Origin: an uncultured Clostridia bacterium
GTDB lineage: Bacteria; Bacillota; Clostridia; Christensenellales; UBA1242
Direction of reading: 5' to 3'
Length of the DNA: 64,000 nt
Assembly: GCA_934747805.1 (NCBI GenBank)
Contig: CAKVHC010000001.1
Span: 22,286-86,285 of the forward strand
The notes under the pieces were generated by a model, which saw only the letters and a program-made list of their open reading frames with translations, was not told the DNA's origin and ran no database searches. Positions 27,601-38,070 of the stretch are shown one piece after another (positions within the stretch are counted from its first letter, which is position 1; each line of letters begins with the position of its first letter). The translations under genes were made by a program, and so were the position numbers.

Positions 27601-30600
27601 TTGGTGGAATAAATTCGTCAAGGATATTAATGCTGCCTGACAAACTCATGCCTTTTATTGCGAGCGATTTAATGTCTACACCAGTAATTTTGTCGGCATA
27701 GTTGATTGCAACTAGCAAATCTTGTTCAGCGCCAAACATTGTTTTGTCTAAACAAATCTGTGCTGCGTTGCAACCTATGTTCAATGCCTTAATCCATGTG
27801 CAATCGATTGAACTAAAGTCGCCAGACTTAATTGCATCGAAGTCAATGCTTGGCAACAATTGACTTAGTATCTTTCTTAAATCAATGTCGCCCTTTTGAG
27901 ATATCACTTTATCCTTAGATTCTGCAATTAGGTCACGCATTGATATGTTGGTTATATCTTGTGTTTTCAGACTCTCGCTTAGGAATTTGAGTTGCATTAC
28001 AACGTCAACAATTGAGTCAAGTTCACCAACACCTAAACAAACGTTCAATGTGTTGTATGTCAGGTAAATTCTTTCACCGTCATAGAACACCGTTATATCA
28101 TGAGAATATCCGCCGTCCTCAGTCAAGTTCAAATGCACATAGCCGTTCAAAGCCATTATGCCACTAGGTGTTGAAGTGTCGGTGAAATCTTTTATTTTGC
28201 TGAAATCTACATACACGTTGCCATATGCTCGGAATGTCTTGCCGTTCATAACAAGGATGGTGTTAGAAATTGTTATTGCTAATGTCTTATCTGCTTTAAC
28301 CTTTTCTATAGTATTGAGCACGCTATTAATTGCCTTGTCAACGCCAGAAATGTCTTGATATTCATCTGCATTTAGTTGGCTAGGAGTGAAATAATAATCT
28401 AGTCCAGCACTAAATCCAATTTCATAATCACCAAGCTGAACATTTACTAGAGCAATGCTTGACAACAAGTTCTTGTAGCCAAGTACAATGTTAATATCTT
28501 CGCTGCTGCCAATTAGTGACTTGTCTAATGTAATAGACAACTCATAGTCTGTTAGTGAAAGTTGTTTGATCAATAAGAGGGATATGTTTGTATAATCACC
28601 TGCAATGATCTCACTTACAATTGAGCCGGCAATCAGGTCTGTAAATTTGCTTGCGTCAATGTCGATTGGTACAAATTTTTCAATAGTAGGGATCAAATCT
28701 TTAATGCTATCGCATGCAATCTTAAGTTTGAGTCCTTGATAGTCAACATATATAATGCCGTTATCCAGTCTGACGACAAATGCGAACTCTTTTCCGTTCA
28801 CTGTCGCAGTTATGTCAGCATACACTGTCAGGTCATTAATAGAGAACACTGTTTTCAGCTTGCTTGCATTTACATAAACTCTGCCACTAAGTCCAATTAC
28901 CTTGCCAGAGATATTGGCATTGGCATTGAGGTTGAGTGCAATCTGTTTGGTGTCTTTGAGTCTTTCAATAGTCGACTTTAATGCACTGATTAAGTCGCTT
29001 GTGCTAGACATATCTGCATAGTCGTCTACAAATGTCGGAACACGAACACCTGTTGACAAGGCTAAGTCTACGCTAGCTGCAATACCTTTCATGGATAGAT
29101 CTGAAATTGAGATAGATTGAATGCTATTTGCATAACCGATTTCAATTGTAATGTCATTGTCTGTCGCAGTGAAATCTTTGCTAAGTGTGACTGTTGTTTT
29201 GTCTTCGCCGATTGCAATGTTTTTAATTATTGCCAACGACAAACTTGACAGGTCGCCAGATAGAATGTCTTTTATGTTAAATGTTGGGAAAATATTTCGA
29301 ATAATGCTGTCAATGTCAATCTCAATGCCGAACTGAGATTTTAATAGGTCGACGATTTTCTCAATTGGCATACTGAGTTTCAATCCATCAACTGAGACAT
29401 AAATCGTTTTCTTTATGACATATGCTTCTACAGCAAATGTTCTGCCTAACGCCGATATGCTTAAGTCAGCATAGATTGTGTCACCGTCGACTACAGTTTT
29501 GCCTGCGACTGAGATTTCTTTGCCTTTAACTGTCATAAGAGCGTCAATGTTGAGTGTTACGCCGTTTTGTTTGAATCCGTCAACAGTTGTCAACACTGCA
29601 TTGAGCAACTTATCTACGTTTGCAATTGAGATTGTATTAACTTGAGTGAAATCTTTTTCCACAAATCTATCTGCAATGTGGATATCTGCGCCAGCCGAAA
29701 TGCCAAACAAGTTGAGTTCGCCAATTGTAAGGCTAGTGATTGTTTTGTCAAATCCAAACACAACACTTAGGTCATCCGGAGTGTTCAGAAGTGACTTGTC
29801 TAGTCCTATGCTGAACGTATTTTCACCAGTGGTGATATATTTCAAAAGATTGGTTGGCAATGCTTCAATGTTGCCTGCAATCAGATTGAATATAAGGCTA
29901 AAGTTTGCTTTTAGATTATTAGTGACGTCTGACATGTTGCCCAGTTTGTCAGACAAAGCAGACTTCAAATTGTCGATTTCAGCAATGCTCGTTTTAATCG
30001 TAATATTGTCAAGTGCGAAATAAATTTCATCACCTGTCATTGACATTGTCAGGTCAAACGTCTTGTTAAATGCTTTGACCTTTGCGTCCATATAAATATG
30101 TAAATTGTTTGTGTCAGCAAAGTCAAGGTTTACATTCGCACTAACATTGGTCTTCGTGCCACGAATGTCAGCTTGGGTGTCTAGCACGAACGAAATTTGT
30201 TTGTTCTTCAAGATTTGTCTTGCACTGGTGATAAGTGCATCGGCAAACTTATCTATATTAGTCAAATGTGCATATTGCTGTTTATCTAGATTTGGAATGT
30301 TAACGTTGGCGCTATATCCCAACACCAAATCCAATTTGTAGCCAGCGATATTAATGTCTAATAGTGAAAGATAACTGAATTGGTTGTTTTCGTCTAAGCC
30401 GATTTCAATGTTTATGTCGTTATCAATGCCCAATCCTTTGGCAAGTATTGTGATTTTAATCACATTGTCTTCGCCTTTAGCGACTTGCAATAAGTTGTTG
30501 ATATCAATTCCGTTCAAGCCGTTTGGCAAAAGTGATTTGATATCAAGGTTTGGCAATTTGCCAGCCAGCAAGCCCATTAAACTGTTTATAACATTTTCGT

Positions 30601-31696
30601 TGCCTAGCTGTTCTTTGAAAATGTCAACAAGTGCGTTAATGTCGGTTTTGTTTAAACGCATTTTGAGTGCATTGACTGACATATACAAATTGTCGCCAAT
30701 GTAACCTACGCTCATCGTGTGACGAGTGTCATTTAGGTCAAGTGTAAACTCTGTGTACGCACCAAGTTCAGCACCAAAGTCTAGGTCAAGTCCGCCAGTG
30801 AGTCTATAACTCTTGTCACCTTTAAGTGTGGCGTCCACATCAAAGTGTGCTTTTTTGTTGGTCAAGATTTCATTTACGCCGTCCAACACGCTCAAAGTGT
30901 TGGTCACGTCCACAAACTCTTTTTCGCCGTCAGGTGCTGTAATGTTGATTGTCTTGTCTGGTGTCAAATTTGCGTTTAATGCACCTTTTATGCCTGCCAG
31001 ATTGATTTTGTTGGCAACCACGCTTTTAATTATGTAGTCGCTGTCTGTGTAAATGTCGAGCGACAGTCCTTCCATGATTGTGAAAGGCAATAATAAGTCG
31101 CCGTTGTCCTGTTTGATCGCCTTAAGCGTCATAAACGAACTCATTAGTGCGTCTGTGTCAATTTCAGGTAGGCTTGCACCAAAGTCAATGTCTATATTGA
31201 GTGTTGGCAAAAGCGAAATTATTTTGCTTATGCTGTTTGTGCTAAGTTTGATGTCCATTGACTCGGTCGAAAGATACAAAATACTATCCAAATATGAGAT
31301 AGAGATGGATACGTCCTTGTCGGCCATCTTCACAAGAAGGTCGCCTTCGACCTTAATGTCATTCAACCCATTTATACTAAGACTTCCGTCAAAATTGACT
31401 GTAGCCTTAGTTTGAGCCGTGTTTGTCAAACTGGTGCTCATAGTCTGAGTCGTTTCGTTGGTGTAAATGTCAAAGGTGATGTCCACCTTTGTAGTGTCTA
31501 GGTTCATTAAGCCATTCAACAATTTCTCGCCGTCGCTTGTTTCAGGCTTTTGTTGACCTTGATTTGTTCCGCCGCTGTGAGTGATGTCGGCTTGCCCCTG
31601 CTTGATGAGTGCGTTCACACCAATTGTGCCAAAGACAGCCGAAAGAGTCGCTACTATGTAAACAAAAGTGTATAGTAGAAATCTCTTTGCTTTCAT
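24605..31696 (-). CDS. Giant (2363 aa) N-terminally anchored modular surface protein with C-terminal Listeria-Bacteroides (Flg_new-type) repeats
   Basis: N-terminal signal-anchor FLLYTFVYIVATLSAVFGTIGV. At least seven ~200-230-aa modules recur. C-terminal repeats are FAGWYT...LYAKW, FDGWYV...LYAKW and FNGYYI...LQADW. A terminator lies at about 24575-24603. Confidence 0.8.
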   Translation of the reverse strand: MKAKRFLLYTFVYIVATLSAVFGTIGVNALIKQGQADITHSGGTNQGQQKPETSDGEKLLNGLMNLDTTKVDITFDIYTNETTQTMSTSLTNTAQTKATVNFDGSLSINGLNDIKVEGDLLVKMADKDVSISISYLDSILYLSTESMDIKLSTNSISKIISLLPTLNIDIDFGASLPEIDTDALMSSFMTLKAIKQDNGDLLLPFTIMEGLSLDIYTDSDYIIKSVVANKINLAGIKGALNANLTPDKTINITAPDGEKEFVDVTNTLSVLDGVNEILTNKKAHFDVDATLKGDKSYRLTGGLDLDFGAELGAYTEFTLDLNDTRHTMSVGYIGDNLYMSVNALKMRLNKTDINALVDIFKEQLGNENVINSLMGLLAGKLPNLDIKSLLPNGLNGIDINNLLQVAKGEDNVIKITILAKGLGIDNDINIEIGLDENNQFSYLSLLDINIAGYKLDLVLGYSANVNIPNLDKQQYAHLTNIDKFADALITSARQILKNKQISFVLDTQADIRGTKTNVSANVNLDFADTNNLHIYMDAKVKAFNKTFDLTMSMTGDEIYFALDNITIKTSIAEIDNLKSALSDKLGNMSDVTNNLKANFSLIFNLIAGNIEALPTNLLKYITTGENTFSIGLDKSLLNTPDDLSVVFGFDKTITSLTIGELNLFGISAGADIHIADRFVEKDFTQVNTISIANVDKLLNAVLTTVDGFKQNGVTLNIDALMTVKGKEISVAGKTVVDGDTIYADLSISALGRTFAVEAYVIKKTIYVSVDGLKLSMPIEKIVDLLKSQFGIEIDIDSIIRNIFPTFNIKDILSGDLSSLSLAIIKNIAIGEDKTTVTLSKDFTATDNDITIEIGYANSIQSISISDLSMKGIAASVDLALSTGVRVPTFVDDYADMSSTSDLISALKSTIERLKDTKQIALNLNANANISGKVIGLSGRVYVNASKLKTVFSINDLTVYADITATVNGKEFAFVVRLDNGIIYVDYQGLKLKIACDSIKDLIPTIEKFVPIDIDASKFTDLIAGSIVSEIIAGDYTNISLLLIKQLSLTDYELSITLDKSLIGSSEDINIVLGYKNLLSSIALVNVQLGDYEIGFSAGLDYYFTPSQLNADEYQDISGVDKAINSVLNTIEKVKADKTLAITISNTILVMNGKTFRAYGNVYVDFSKIKDFTDTSTPSGIMALNGYVHLNLTEDGGYSHDITVFYDGERIYLTYNTLNVCLGVGELDSIVDVVMQLKFLSESLKTQDITNISMRDLIAESKDKVISQKGDIDLRKILSQLLPSIDFDAIKSGDFSSIDCTWIKALNIGCNAAQICLDKTMFGAEQDLLVAINYADKITGVDIKSLAIKGMSLSGSINILDEFIPPKMADESIYCSLDSLQDVINSVLNTAIEVVDNKQIAFGLKTDIVHSSVQRDARDNPLKAVVTTIHMLDGSNARFEWKDAYTIENGKNKFNINKMRAYINFEVTTITEKFEYTNGVRAQNPYSTVTNQHSIEITFIDNGLYIRYNKMYAKIGGDNIGQLISAVSELLNVEMGDIDIQKITQMIDGFNIDEILNKFKIEMIEKLSITDSNIAIVVDLTDLGLDLDEIHTLKLDVDYDADSLTSLVVKDLTIANNQVDSVSIALQEFTPIASAPAADYIDLSGVENLIDALANSKQFTDFEIDGSINLKLNVVGINIDWNIPVNVKVKLLGGNEFEASARLGAIPVVPGVNDDVPFKVGNVTSGIYSGLNRILHIYIKDNMVYLYRSETVPTTVFQADRLYEKKMKIHVDTLLDDPLYYILQYGFGFSEKIMAEINKLVNKERQNPLDYSNVLKGFSATENYYELVINLQELVEDDKLGNMTVGVRTQNYNGDKIVGGLTVDMNIDLASSVNIVLKSDNLNLVNIGAKTDMQEMYDFTSANAGLSEGSAWDAYDGDWNLSSQREFLLSFETNCSEKIADIKGVAGSELTLPTLNDYFVDTASERTYHTFAGWYTTKSFDSDSEYNQNIMPRRDTLLYAKWEIASVNYVTISFVTNGGEAIADITSLVGAELELPQYDQPLVEKIGNITYTKRFDGWYVDAEFNNVFNSKTMPNDSVTLYAKWMVVKAEESYLLEIIDGDENIYSHYVVEGVKPAISDARLVESTLYYLDANFTELVDFDAFTMPSADVKIYIRNRYTLTIKSAYGTVLNTVQTIYQGEMIKIPQQSTYFYDDGKEIERIDYTFNGYYIGENRVENTETFSMPKEDTTLQADWTVDVRKYYTVSFCVDFVKPATWENDKKTLGKWFIRTECVKAANIPSQPFKVLQGTYIDLTKYTTSCIYAYTGAYIRKEYAFNLHTWSVTGPRQLSYNKLATQPDTESCDVLKGFTITGDTVFSAVWAYAK

Positions 31697-31751
31697 AACT
31701 CGCTCCTTTTAATGTGTTGTGATTAATTTTAGATTAATCTGTAATTTTTCT

Positions 31752-32678
31752 TTATATATAAGATTTGTCGGTCTTTGCTGGAATCTCAAAGTCCTCGTCA
31801 TAACTAAATGTGTTGGTTAGTGTGGCAACGCTCGATGCAGTGATTCCCATTTTTGCATCGTAGGTTTCGTTGCTGGTGAATGACAAAATGCGATAGTCGG
31901 CATTCATGGTGACTTTAATTTTAGGATTTGACGTGAAATCTGGATATTCGCTAAGTCCACCAGTGGCTTTCATATTTTTCACATAATTTACGACCGACTT
32001 GCTCTTGTCCAACTCCAACTCGAAAACATAGTTGCCGTTAGCGTCCAATGTCACAGCCGATGCGCTCACCACTGTCTTTGACGAAACAATGTAAGTCATA
32101 TAATCGGTCAGAGTGCAACTAAACTTGGCTTTGTATTCGTCCATAGTTTTGATATCGTTCTCAACGTTTGTGTCCCAAGTCACCGTCTTGCCAGAAAGCG
32201 AACCTTCATAATGCTCAATGGCATTACCACTGGCATAGAATCTGTTTATCGCTTTGGCGAACTTGCTCACGCTTATGTTTTCAAAATAAATGTTGTTGTT
32301 TACTCTAATGGTTAGGGCATTGATTGTCTGATTGACTGTCACGCCCATTGCTTTGGCTTTTACCAAACCTTCGCCCTCGATTTTCACGCGTTCTGCCTTG
32401 AATGTGGTGTCGAATGCCAGCACGCAACATTTGGTTGCACCCAACTGTTCAGGTGTTTTGCCTTGAGATTCGGTGCGGATTTCCGCAACATTGTCTTGCA
32501 AACTTGCCACATCAAAATTGTAACGGTTTGGGTCAAGCTGATTGCCGACAATATACATTCCCACGCCAAAGCCTGTTATAACGCCAATAAGTGCCATGGC
32601 AATAATGTTTATCATAATTCGCTTTTTGCCAGGCAAAAGTGGGACTATCTCAACCGTCTTACTAGCCTTTGCTTTCAT
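31752..32678 (-). CDS. N-terminally membrane-anchored hypothetical protein (308 aa)
   Basis: SD GGAGG lies 6 nt before the ATG at 32678. A TM helix IMINIIAMALIGVITGFGVGMYIV is present. It overlaps the upstream gene and sits 55 nt upstream of the giant gene. Confidence 0.6.
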   Translation of the reverse strand: MKAKASKTVEIVPLLPGKKRIMINIIAMALIGVITGFGVGMYIVGNQLDPNRYNFDVASLQDNVAEIRTESQGKTPEQLGATKCCVLAFDTTFKAERVKIEGEGLVKAKAMGVTVNQTINALTIRVNNNIYFENISVSKFAKAINRFYASGNAIEHYEGSLSGKTVTWDTNVENDIKTMDEYKAKFSCTLTDYMTYIVSSKTVVSASAVTLDANGNYVFELELDKSKSVVNYVKNMKATGGLSEYPDFTSNPKIKVTMNADYRILSFTSNETYDAKMGITASSVATLTNTFSYDEDFEIPAKTDKSYI

Positions 32679-33411
32679 TTGCAACCTCCGCTTTAACTGC
32701 TGGTTTGCTTGGTTTAATCTTCTTTGCCAAGCCCCACAGCATTCTTAGTGGCAAGGATGAAATGCGAGCGATCTGACGGACACTTGCTTTTGTGGCCTTG
32801 AATATCTGCGACATTATCTTTTCGACCAAACTAGGTGGCATTTGAGATAGTTTGTGGGGCTGAATTTGAAAGGTGTTCTCAATGTAGGCGCAAAGTTCGT
32901 CGTCAGTTAGTTTAATCTTTTGGTCTACCACCATTTGTCCGCCACATTCTTGCATAAATTGTTGTTCACTGCCAAACTTGTCTAGGGCGAACCCAGAGCC
33001 TATGAATTTGTCATTGAAATAATCTTGAACTGATGAAATGGCGTTTGAACTGGTGGTCGCAATGTAGTGCACACTGGCAACAAACGACCACATTTCGTCT
33101 TCGCTGTTGGCTGGAAAACTTATGTATCTGCCATAAAATACTTTGCCTGTGCGAGAGTGCGATTTGTTGTACGATTTGACAAACTTTATGGATGCATTGC
33201 GCAATATGTTGTCAAGCGTTGTGTCTGTTTCTTTAATCACTAGCAAAAAAGACTTGTCTAGCAATGTGTAGGCAAACAAGGAAATTTTGTCCTGTGCTAA
33301 AATATTTAAAAAACTGGCCTTGTCAGATGCATCAAACGTAACACCGTCAATGCTTTTGAGATTGACCATATATGTTCCAAGTTCACTCTTTTCACGAGCT
33401 TTACGAGCCAT
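32662..33411 (-). CDS. IS200/Y1-transposase-like (apparently catalytically inactive) protein with a C-terminal HTH
   Basis: GKVFYGRYIS and VHYIA match the Y1-transposase/RayT-type core, but the HUH position reads YMVNLKS. The C-terminal SVRQIARISSLPLRML is HTH-like. Confidence 0.55.
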   Translation of the reverse strand: MARKAREKSELGTYMVNLKSIDGVTFDASDKASFLNILAQDKISLFAYTLLDKSFLLVIKETDTTLDNILRNASIKFVKSYNKSHSRTGKVFYGRYISFPANSEDEMWSFVASVHYIATTSSNAISSVQDYFNDKFIGSGFALDKFGSEQQFMQECGGQMVVDQKIKLTDDELCAYIENTFQIQPHKLSQMPPSLVEKIMSQIFKATKASVRQIARISSLPLRMLWGLAKKIKPSKPAVKAEVANESKG

Positions 33412-33597
33412 TTATACTCCTAAAAACGAAAACCAAAAAGGGCATAGTCCCTATTACGATTCTCTACATTTTATGCTAACAAAAGTAATGCCTATTGTCA
33501 ATAGTTTATTGTCCCTTTTGCAACAATTATGTCAAATTTTTCCATTTTTGTTGATAATTGGTACTGTTTTGACAAAATTTTATGTCATAATGTGCAT

Positions 33598-34461
33598 TTA
33601 GCGTTTTTCGGTGGTGTAATACACCGATACCACTCCAGGACCGCCATGAGCAGTGACTATTGGACTGAGTGGAAGCACTACGACGTCAACGTCAAGTTTG
33701 GCTTTTATCATCTCGCAAAGCGAATTCGCATCGTCTTCACAGTCGGCGTGTGAGATTATGACGTGTTTAGTGATAGGCTTGTAGGTTTGTATCACAATGT
33801 CAGATATATCTTTGATGGCTCGACGCCTGCCAATTGCTTTTTTGTACGACACGATGATGCCGTCATCGTTCACTTTTAATATCGGCTTCAGTTGAACAAG
33901 GTTTCCAATGAACGCCATGCTTGCTTTTATACGACCACCACGAGCCAGATATTTCAAGTTTTCCACAGTAAACACATGGGCGATATTCAATTTCACGCTT
34001 TCCACATAATCTCGTGCTGCATAAACGTCGGATATCTTGCCGTTCTCAATCTGATCAATAAGTGTCTTGACCAACAATCCCACTCCGCCTGACTGACAAA
34101 GCGAGTCAACGACGATAACCTTGTTGTCGTGGTTTGCGTTGAGCGATTCGCTTGCCGACTTAAAATTGTTGTATGTATTGCTCATCGCACTGGAAAAACT
34201 GATATGCAAAACGTCTTCTCCAGTCTTTAAAAGATTGTTCAAATAGTTTTGAGCGTCATACTCGTTTATCTGCGTAGTTTTGGTTGTTGCCCCTTCACGC
34301 ATAAATTGTGCAATCCTTTTCGCATCAAAATCTTGGTCTTGTGACGACATGCTAACGCCATTAATGATATAATCCATAGGCGCTACTTGCACATTGTATT
34401 TATTGATTGTGTCCGCATCCAAATCGCATGCGTTCTCCACGCTTATTATAAATTCTTTCAT
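33598..34461 (-). CDS. DegV-family fatty-acid-binding protein
   Basis: Typical DegV length and sequence (VDSLCQSGGVGLLV, ...GRIKASMAFIGNLVQLKPIL...). Confidence 0.85.
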   Translation of the reverse strand: MKEFIISVENACDLDADTINKYNVQVAPMDYIINGVSMSSQDQDFDAKRIAQFMREGATTKTTQINEYDAQNYLNNLLKTGEDVLHISFSSAMSNTYNNFKSASESLNANHDNKVIVVDSLCQSGGVGLLVKTLIDQIENGKISDVYAARDYVESVKLNIAHVFTVENLKYLARGGRIKASMAFIGNLVQLKPILKVNDDGIIVSYKKAIGRRRAIKDISDIVIQTYKPITKHVIISHADCEDDANSLCEMIKAKLDVDVVVLPLSPIVTAHGGPGVVSVYYTTEKR

Positions 34462-34645
34462 AACTGCCCCTTTCGTTTATTCAATTATATGGCCACTTAA
34501 CGAAAAAGCAATCTACTTGCCCAAAAGCAAAATATACTGTTGTAATTGGTGTAAATATAGTCAAGATTTATGACTCTACTGAGAGTAGAATTTGACTTAA
34601 ATCTCCCCTTATTTAGTTGATTTTTACAGCAAAAAGTTATATTAT

Positions 34646-35266
34646 GTGGATATGGAAGAATTGGAAAAGGTAATTGCCAAGAATTTGGCATATTATAGAA
34701 CAAAAGCAAAAATGACCCAGTTTGAGCTCGCTGAGAAACTTAATTATTCAGACAAATCGATTTCAAAATGGGAACGTGGAGCAGGTCTGCCGGATGTCGC
34801 CACATTGAAGACTTTGGCAGATATGTACAATATAAAGGTGGATGACTTTTTTGTAAGTGGCGAGCATGACGAGAGTCTGCCACCAGTGGAAATGAAGTCG
34901 AATCGAAACACAAAACACCTTCTCATCACACTATTGTCAGCAGGACTGGTGTGGTTGGTGGCAACAATGGTGTTTGTCGTGCTAGTTTGGTTCAAAGTGC
35001 CACGTGCATGGCTGTCCTTTATCGTGGCAATTCCTGTTATGAACATTGTGCTTATTGTGTTATCTCGAATTTGGAGCAAACTGTATGTGGTGGGCATATT
35101 TGTTTCAGCTCTAATTTGGACACTGGCAACAACCCTTGCCGTATTCTTGGGTAAAACGGCCTACTACATATTCTATATCTGCATTCCTTTGCAAGTTATG
35201 GCTGTCATTTGGTTCGTCCTGCGTTACAAGATGCGTGGCAAAAAGCTAACGGAAAACAAAAGTTAG
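34646..35266 (+). CDS. XRE-family HTH protein fused to a multi-pass membrane domain
   Basis: N-terminal MTQFELAEKLNYSDKSISKWERG, followed by four hydrophobic helices. Confidence 0.7.
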   Translation: MDMEELEKVIAKNLAYYRTKAKMTQFELAEKLNYSDKSISKWERGAGLPDVATLKTLADMYNIKVDDFFVSGEHDESLPPVEMKSNRNTKHLLITLLSAGLVWLVATMVFVVLVWFKVPRAWLSFIVAIPVMNIVLIVLSRIWSKLYVVGIFVSALIWTLATTLAVFLGKTAYYIFYICIPLQVMAVIWFVLRYKMRGKKLTENKS

Positions 35267-35309
35267 AGTTAAATGAAAAAAACACTGGGATAACCCAGTG
35301 TTTTTTTTG

Positions 35310-37889
35310 TTATTTCACTATTAGTTCGTTGTCGGTGGCATCAATTGTCAAGGTTGAGTTTGGTTTCAGTTCGTCTGACAAAATCTTTCTTGCCACTGCG
35401 GTTTCGACTGTTTCTTGAATAAATCTTTTCAATGGACGAGCGCCATAAGCTTCGTCATAGCCATTTTCGATGATATACTCTTTTGCCTTGTCGGTGACCA
35501 CAAGGTTGATTTGTTTATCTTGCAAGCGAGCATTTAGGCGACCAAGCAACAAATCCACAATCTTTGAGATTTGGTCTTTTTGCAATGGTTGGAACAGAAT
35601 TATCTCATCCAATCTATTCAAAAACTCTGGTCTAAAATGCGACTTCAAGACGGCTTTGACGTCATCACGAGTGCTGTCGGTGATTTTGTGGTTGTCTTCG
35701 ATAGACTTCAAGATTAGGTCAGCACCTAAGTTGCTGGTTAGGATTATGATTGTGTTTTTGAAGTCAACTGTTTTGCCCAAAGAGTCTGTGATTCTGCCGT
35801 CATCCAAAATTTGCAAAAGAATGTTAAATACGTCTGGGTGAGCCTTTTCAATTTCGTCGAAGAGAACTACTGAATATGGCTTTCTACGTACAGCTTCGGT
35901 GAGCTGACCGCCTTCTTCATAGCCCACATAACCAGGAGGCGCACCAATCAGACGAGATACGGAGAATTTTTCCATATATTCGCTCATGTCGATTCGGATA
36001 ATGTTCTTCTCGTCGTCGAATAGTGCTTGGCTCAACGCTTTAGATAGTTCTGTCTTGCCCACACCAGTTGGTCCTAAGAATAGGAACGAGCCGAGCGGAC
36101 GGTTAGGGTCTTGGATGCCAGCACGTGAACGCAAAATGGCATCAGCAACCTTTTGCACCGCTTCGTCCTGTCCAACTACTCGCTGATGTAATATTTCTGG
36201 CAAACGTAAAACTTTTTCACGTTCGCTTTCTTTCAAACTATTGACAGGAATGCCTGTCCATTTAGACACAACTTGGCGGATTTCTTCATCCGTGACTTTG
36301 CTCTGCAAAATTCCGTTTTTCTCGCCTTCCACCAATTTTTCTGCTTCGGCAAGACGCTTCTGCAGGTCTAACAATTTGGTATATTTGAGTTCAGCAGCTT
36401 TGTTCAAGTCGTATTCACGTTGTGCTTGGTCAATCTCGGCGTTCACTTGTGCAATTTGCTCTTTTATGAGTTGAACGTTGTTGATATTTTCTTTTTCCTT
36501 TTTCAACTTAACATTCATCTCATTGAACTTGTCTTTGAGCTCGGCAAGTTCTTTTTGAATGTCGTTCAGGTGAGCCTTTGAAAGTTCGTCAGTTTCCTTT
36601 TTCAATGCGGTTTCCTCAATCTGAAACTGAATCATCTTGTGACGAATCTCATCCATTTCAGTTGGCATTGAATCAATCTCAGTTTTCACGATTGCACACG
36701 CTTCGTCCACAAGGTCAATTGCCTTGTCTGGCAAGAATCTGTCAGTGATATATCTATTTGACAAGACGGCTGCATTGATAAGCGCACTATCGCTAATCTT
36801 AACGCCGTGATAAACTTCATAACGCTCTTTAAGTCCACGCAAAATGGCAATGGTGTCCGCAACAGTTGGTTCTTTCACGAGCACAGTTTGGAAACGACGT
36901 TCAAGTGCGGGGTCTTTTTCAATATATTTATGATACTCATTCAGAGTCGTTGCACCTATGCAGTGCAATTCGCCACGTGCTAGCATAGGCTTTAGCAAGT
37001 TGCCGGCATCCATTGCGCCGTCAGTTTTACCAGCGCCGACTATGGTGTGCAATTCATCAATGAATAAAATTATTTTGCCGTTGCTCTTCTTCACTTCGTT
37101 AAGAACGGATTTGAGTCGCTCTTCAAATTCGCCACGATATTTAGCACCTGAAACGAGTGCACCCATATCCAGTGAAAAGATTGTGCGGTCTTTTAGGTTG
37201 GTTGGCACATCCCCATTTACAATTCTCTGTGCCAACCCCTCGACAATTGCCGTTTTACCAACGCCAGCCTCGCCTATAAGCACTGGATTGTTTTTGGTTT
37301 TACGTGACAATATCATAATGGCGTCACGGATTTCACTATCTCGGCCAATCACTGGGTCAATCTTGTTCTTGCGAGCAAGCTCAACAAGGTCAGTGCCGTA
37401 TTTCTTCAGAGCGTTGTAAGTGTCTTCTGGGCTATCAGTGGTTACATTCGTGTTGCCACGCACATTAGCAAGTTCTTTTATAAACTCATTGCGATTAACC
37501 TTGTTTCGAGATAAAATCTCTTTTGTTGCACTATCCCCAGCCTCAAACATTGCAAGGAACAAATGCTCAACCGAGACATACTCGTCTTTCATCTGCTTGG
37601 CAATATTCTCAGCCAAATTGAGCATTCGCTCTGTTTCTGGAGCCAAATACGCCTCATTTATCGGGCTGATTTTAGGCAAAGCATTTAATGCCTGATTTAA
37701 ATCCCTTTTCAAATAGTCCAAATTAATGTTTAAATCGCTCAAAATCTGATAGATTATTCCATCCGTATCGCTAATAAGCGAACTCAATATGTGCAAGGAA
37801 GTTATTTGCTGATTACCTTTCTCGACGGCAAGGCTTTGCGACGTGTGCAAACACTCTGCACTCTTTTGTGTAAGTTTTTCGTAATTCAT
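35310..37889 (-). CDS. clpB: ATP-dependent chaperone ClpB
   Basis: Clp_N repeats, two AAA+ modules ([16 protein letters not shown]) and a long middle coiled coil. Confidence 0.97.
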   Translation of the reverse strand: MNYEKLTQKSAECLHTSQSLAVEKGNQQITSLHILSSLISDTDGIIYQILSDLNINLDYLKRDLNQALNALPKISPINEAYLAPETERMLNLAENIAKQMKDEYVSVEHLFLAMFEAGDSATKEILSRNKVNRNEFIKELANVRGNTNVTTDSPEDTYNALKKYGTDLVELARKNKIDPVIGRDSEIRDAIMILSRKTKNNPVLIGEAGVGKTAIVEGLAQRIVNGDVPTNLKDRTIFSLDMGALVSGAKYRGEFEERLKSVLNEVKKSNGKIILFIDELHTIVGAGKTDGAMDAGNLLKPMLARGELHCIGATTLNEYHKYIEKDPALERRFQTVLVKEPTVADTIAILRGLKERYEVYHGVKISDSALINAAVLSNRYITDRFLPDKAIDLVDEACAIVKTEIDSMPTEMDEIRHKMIQFQIEETALKKETDELSKAHLNDIQKELAELKDKFNEMNVKLKKEKENINNVQLIKEQIAQVNAEIDQAQREYDLNKAAELKYTKLLDLQKRLAEAEKLVEGEKNGILQSKVTDEEIRQVVSKWTGIPVNSLKESEREKVLRLPEILHQRVVGQDEAVQKVADAILRSRAGIQDPNRPLGSFLFLGPTGVGKTELSKALSQALFDDEKNIIRIDMSEYMEKFSVSRLIGAPPGYVGYEEGGQLTEAVRRKPYSVVLFDEIEKAHPDVFNILLQILDDGRITDSLGKTVDFKNTIIILTSNLGADLILKSIEDNHKITDSTRDDVKAVLKSHFRPEFLNRLDEIILFQPLQKDQISKIVDLLLGRLNARLQDKQINLVVTDKAKEYIIENGYDEAYGARPLKRFIQETVETAVARKILSDELKPNSTLTIDATDNELIVK

Positions 37890-38070
37890 AATATGTCCTC
37901 CTTTTTTTTCGCCAATATTATAGACCCAAAAATTAGCACTGTCAAGCGTAGAGTGCTAATTTGTTAAAGATTTTATTTAGTTTTCCAAATATTTTTGCCT
38001 TTATGCGTACAAGTCCGCAATGGCAATTTCTCTCTTTATATATAATATAACGAGCTCTGTTTAAAATGGA

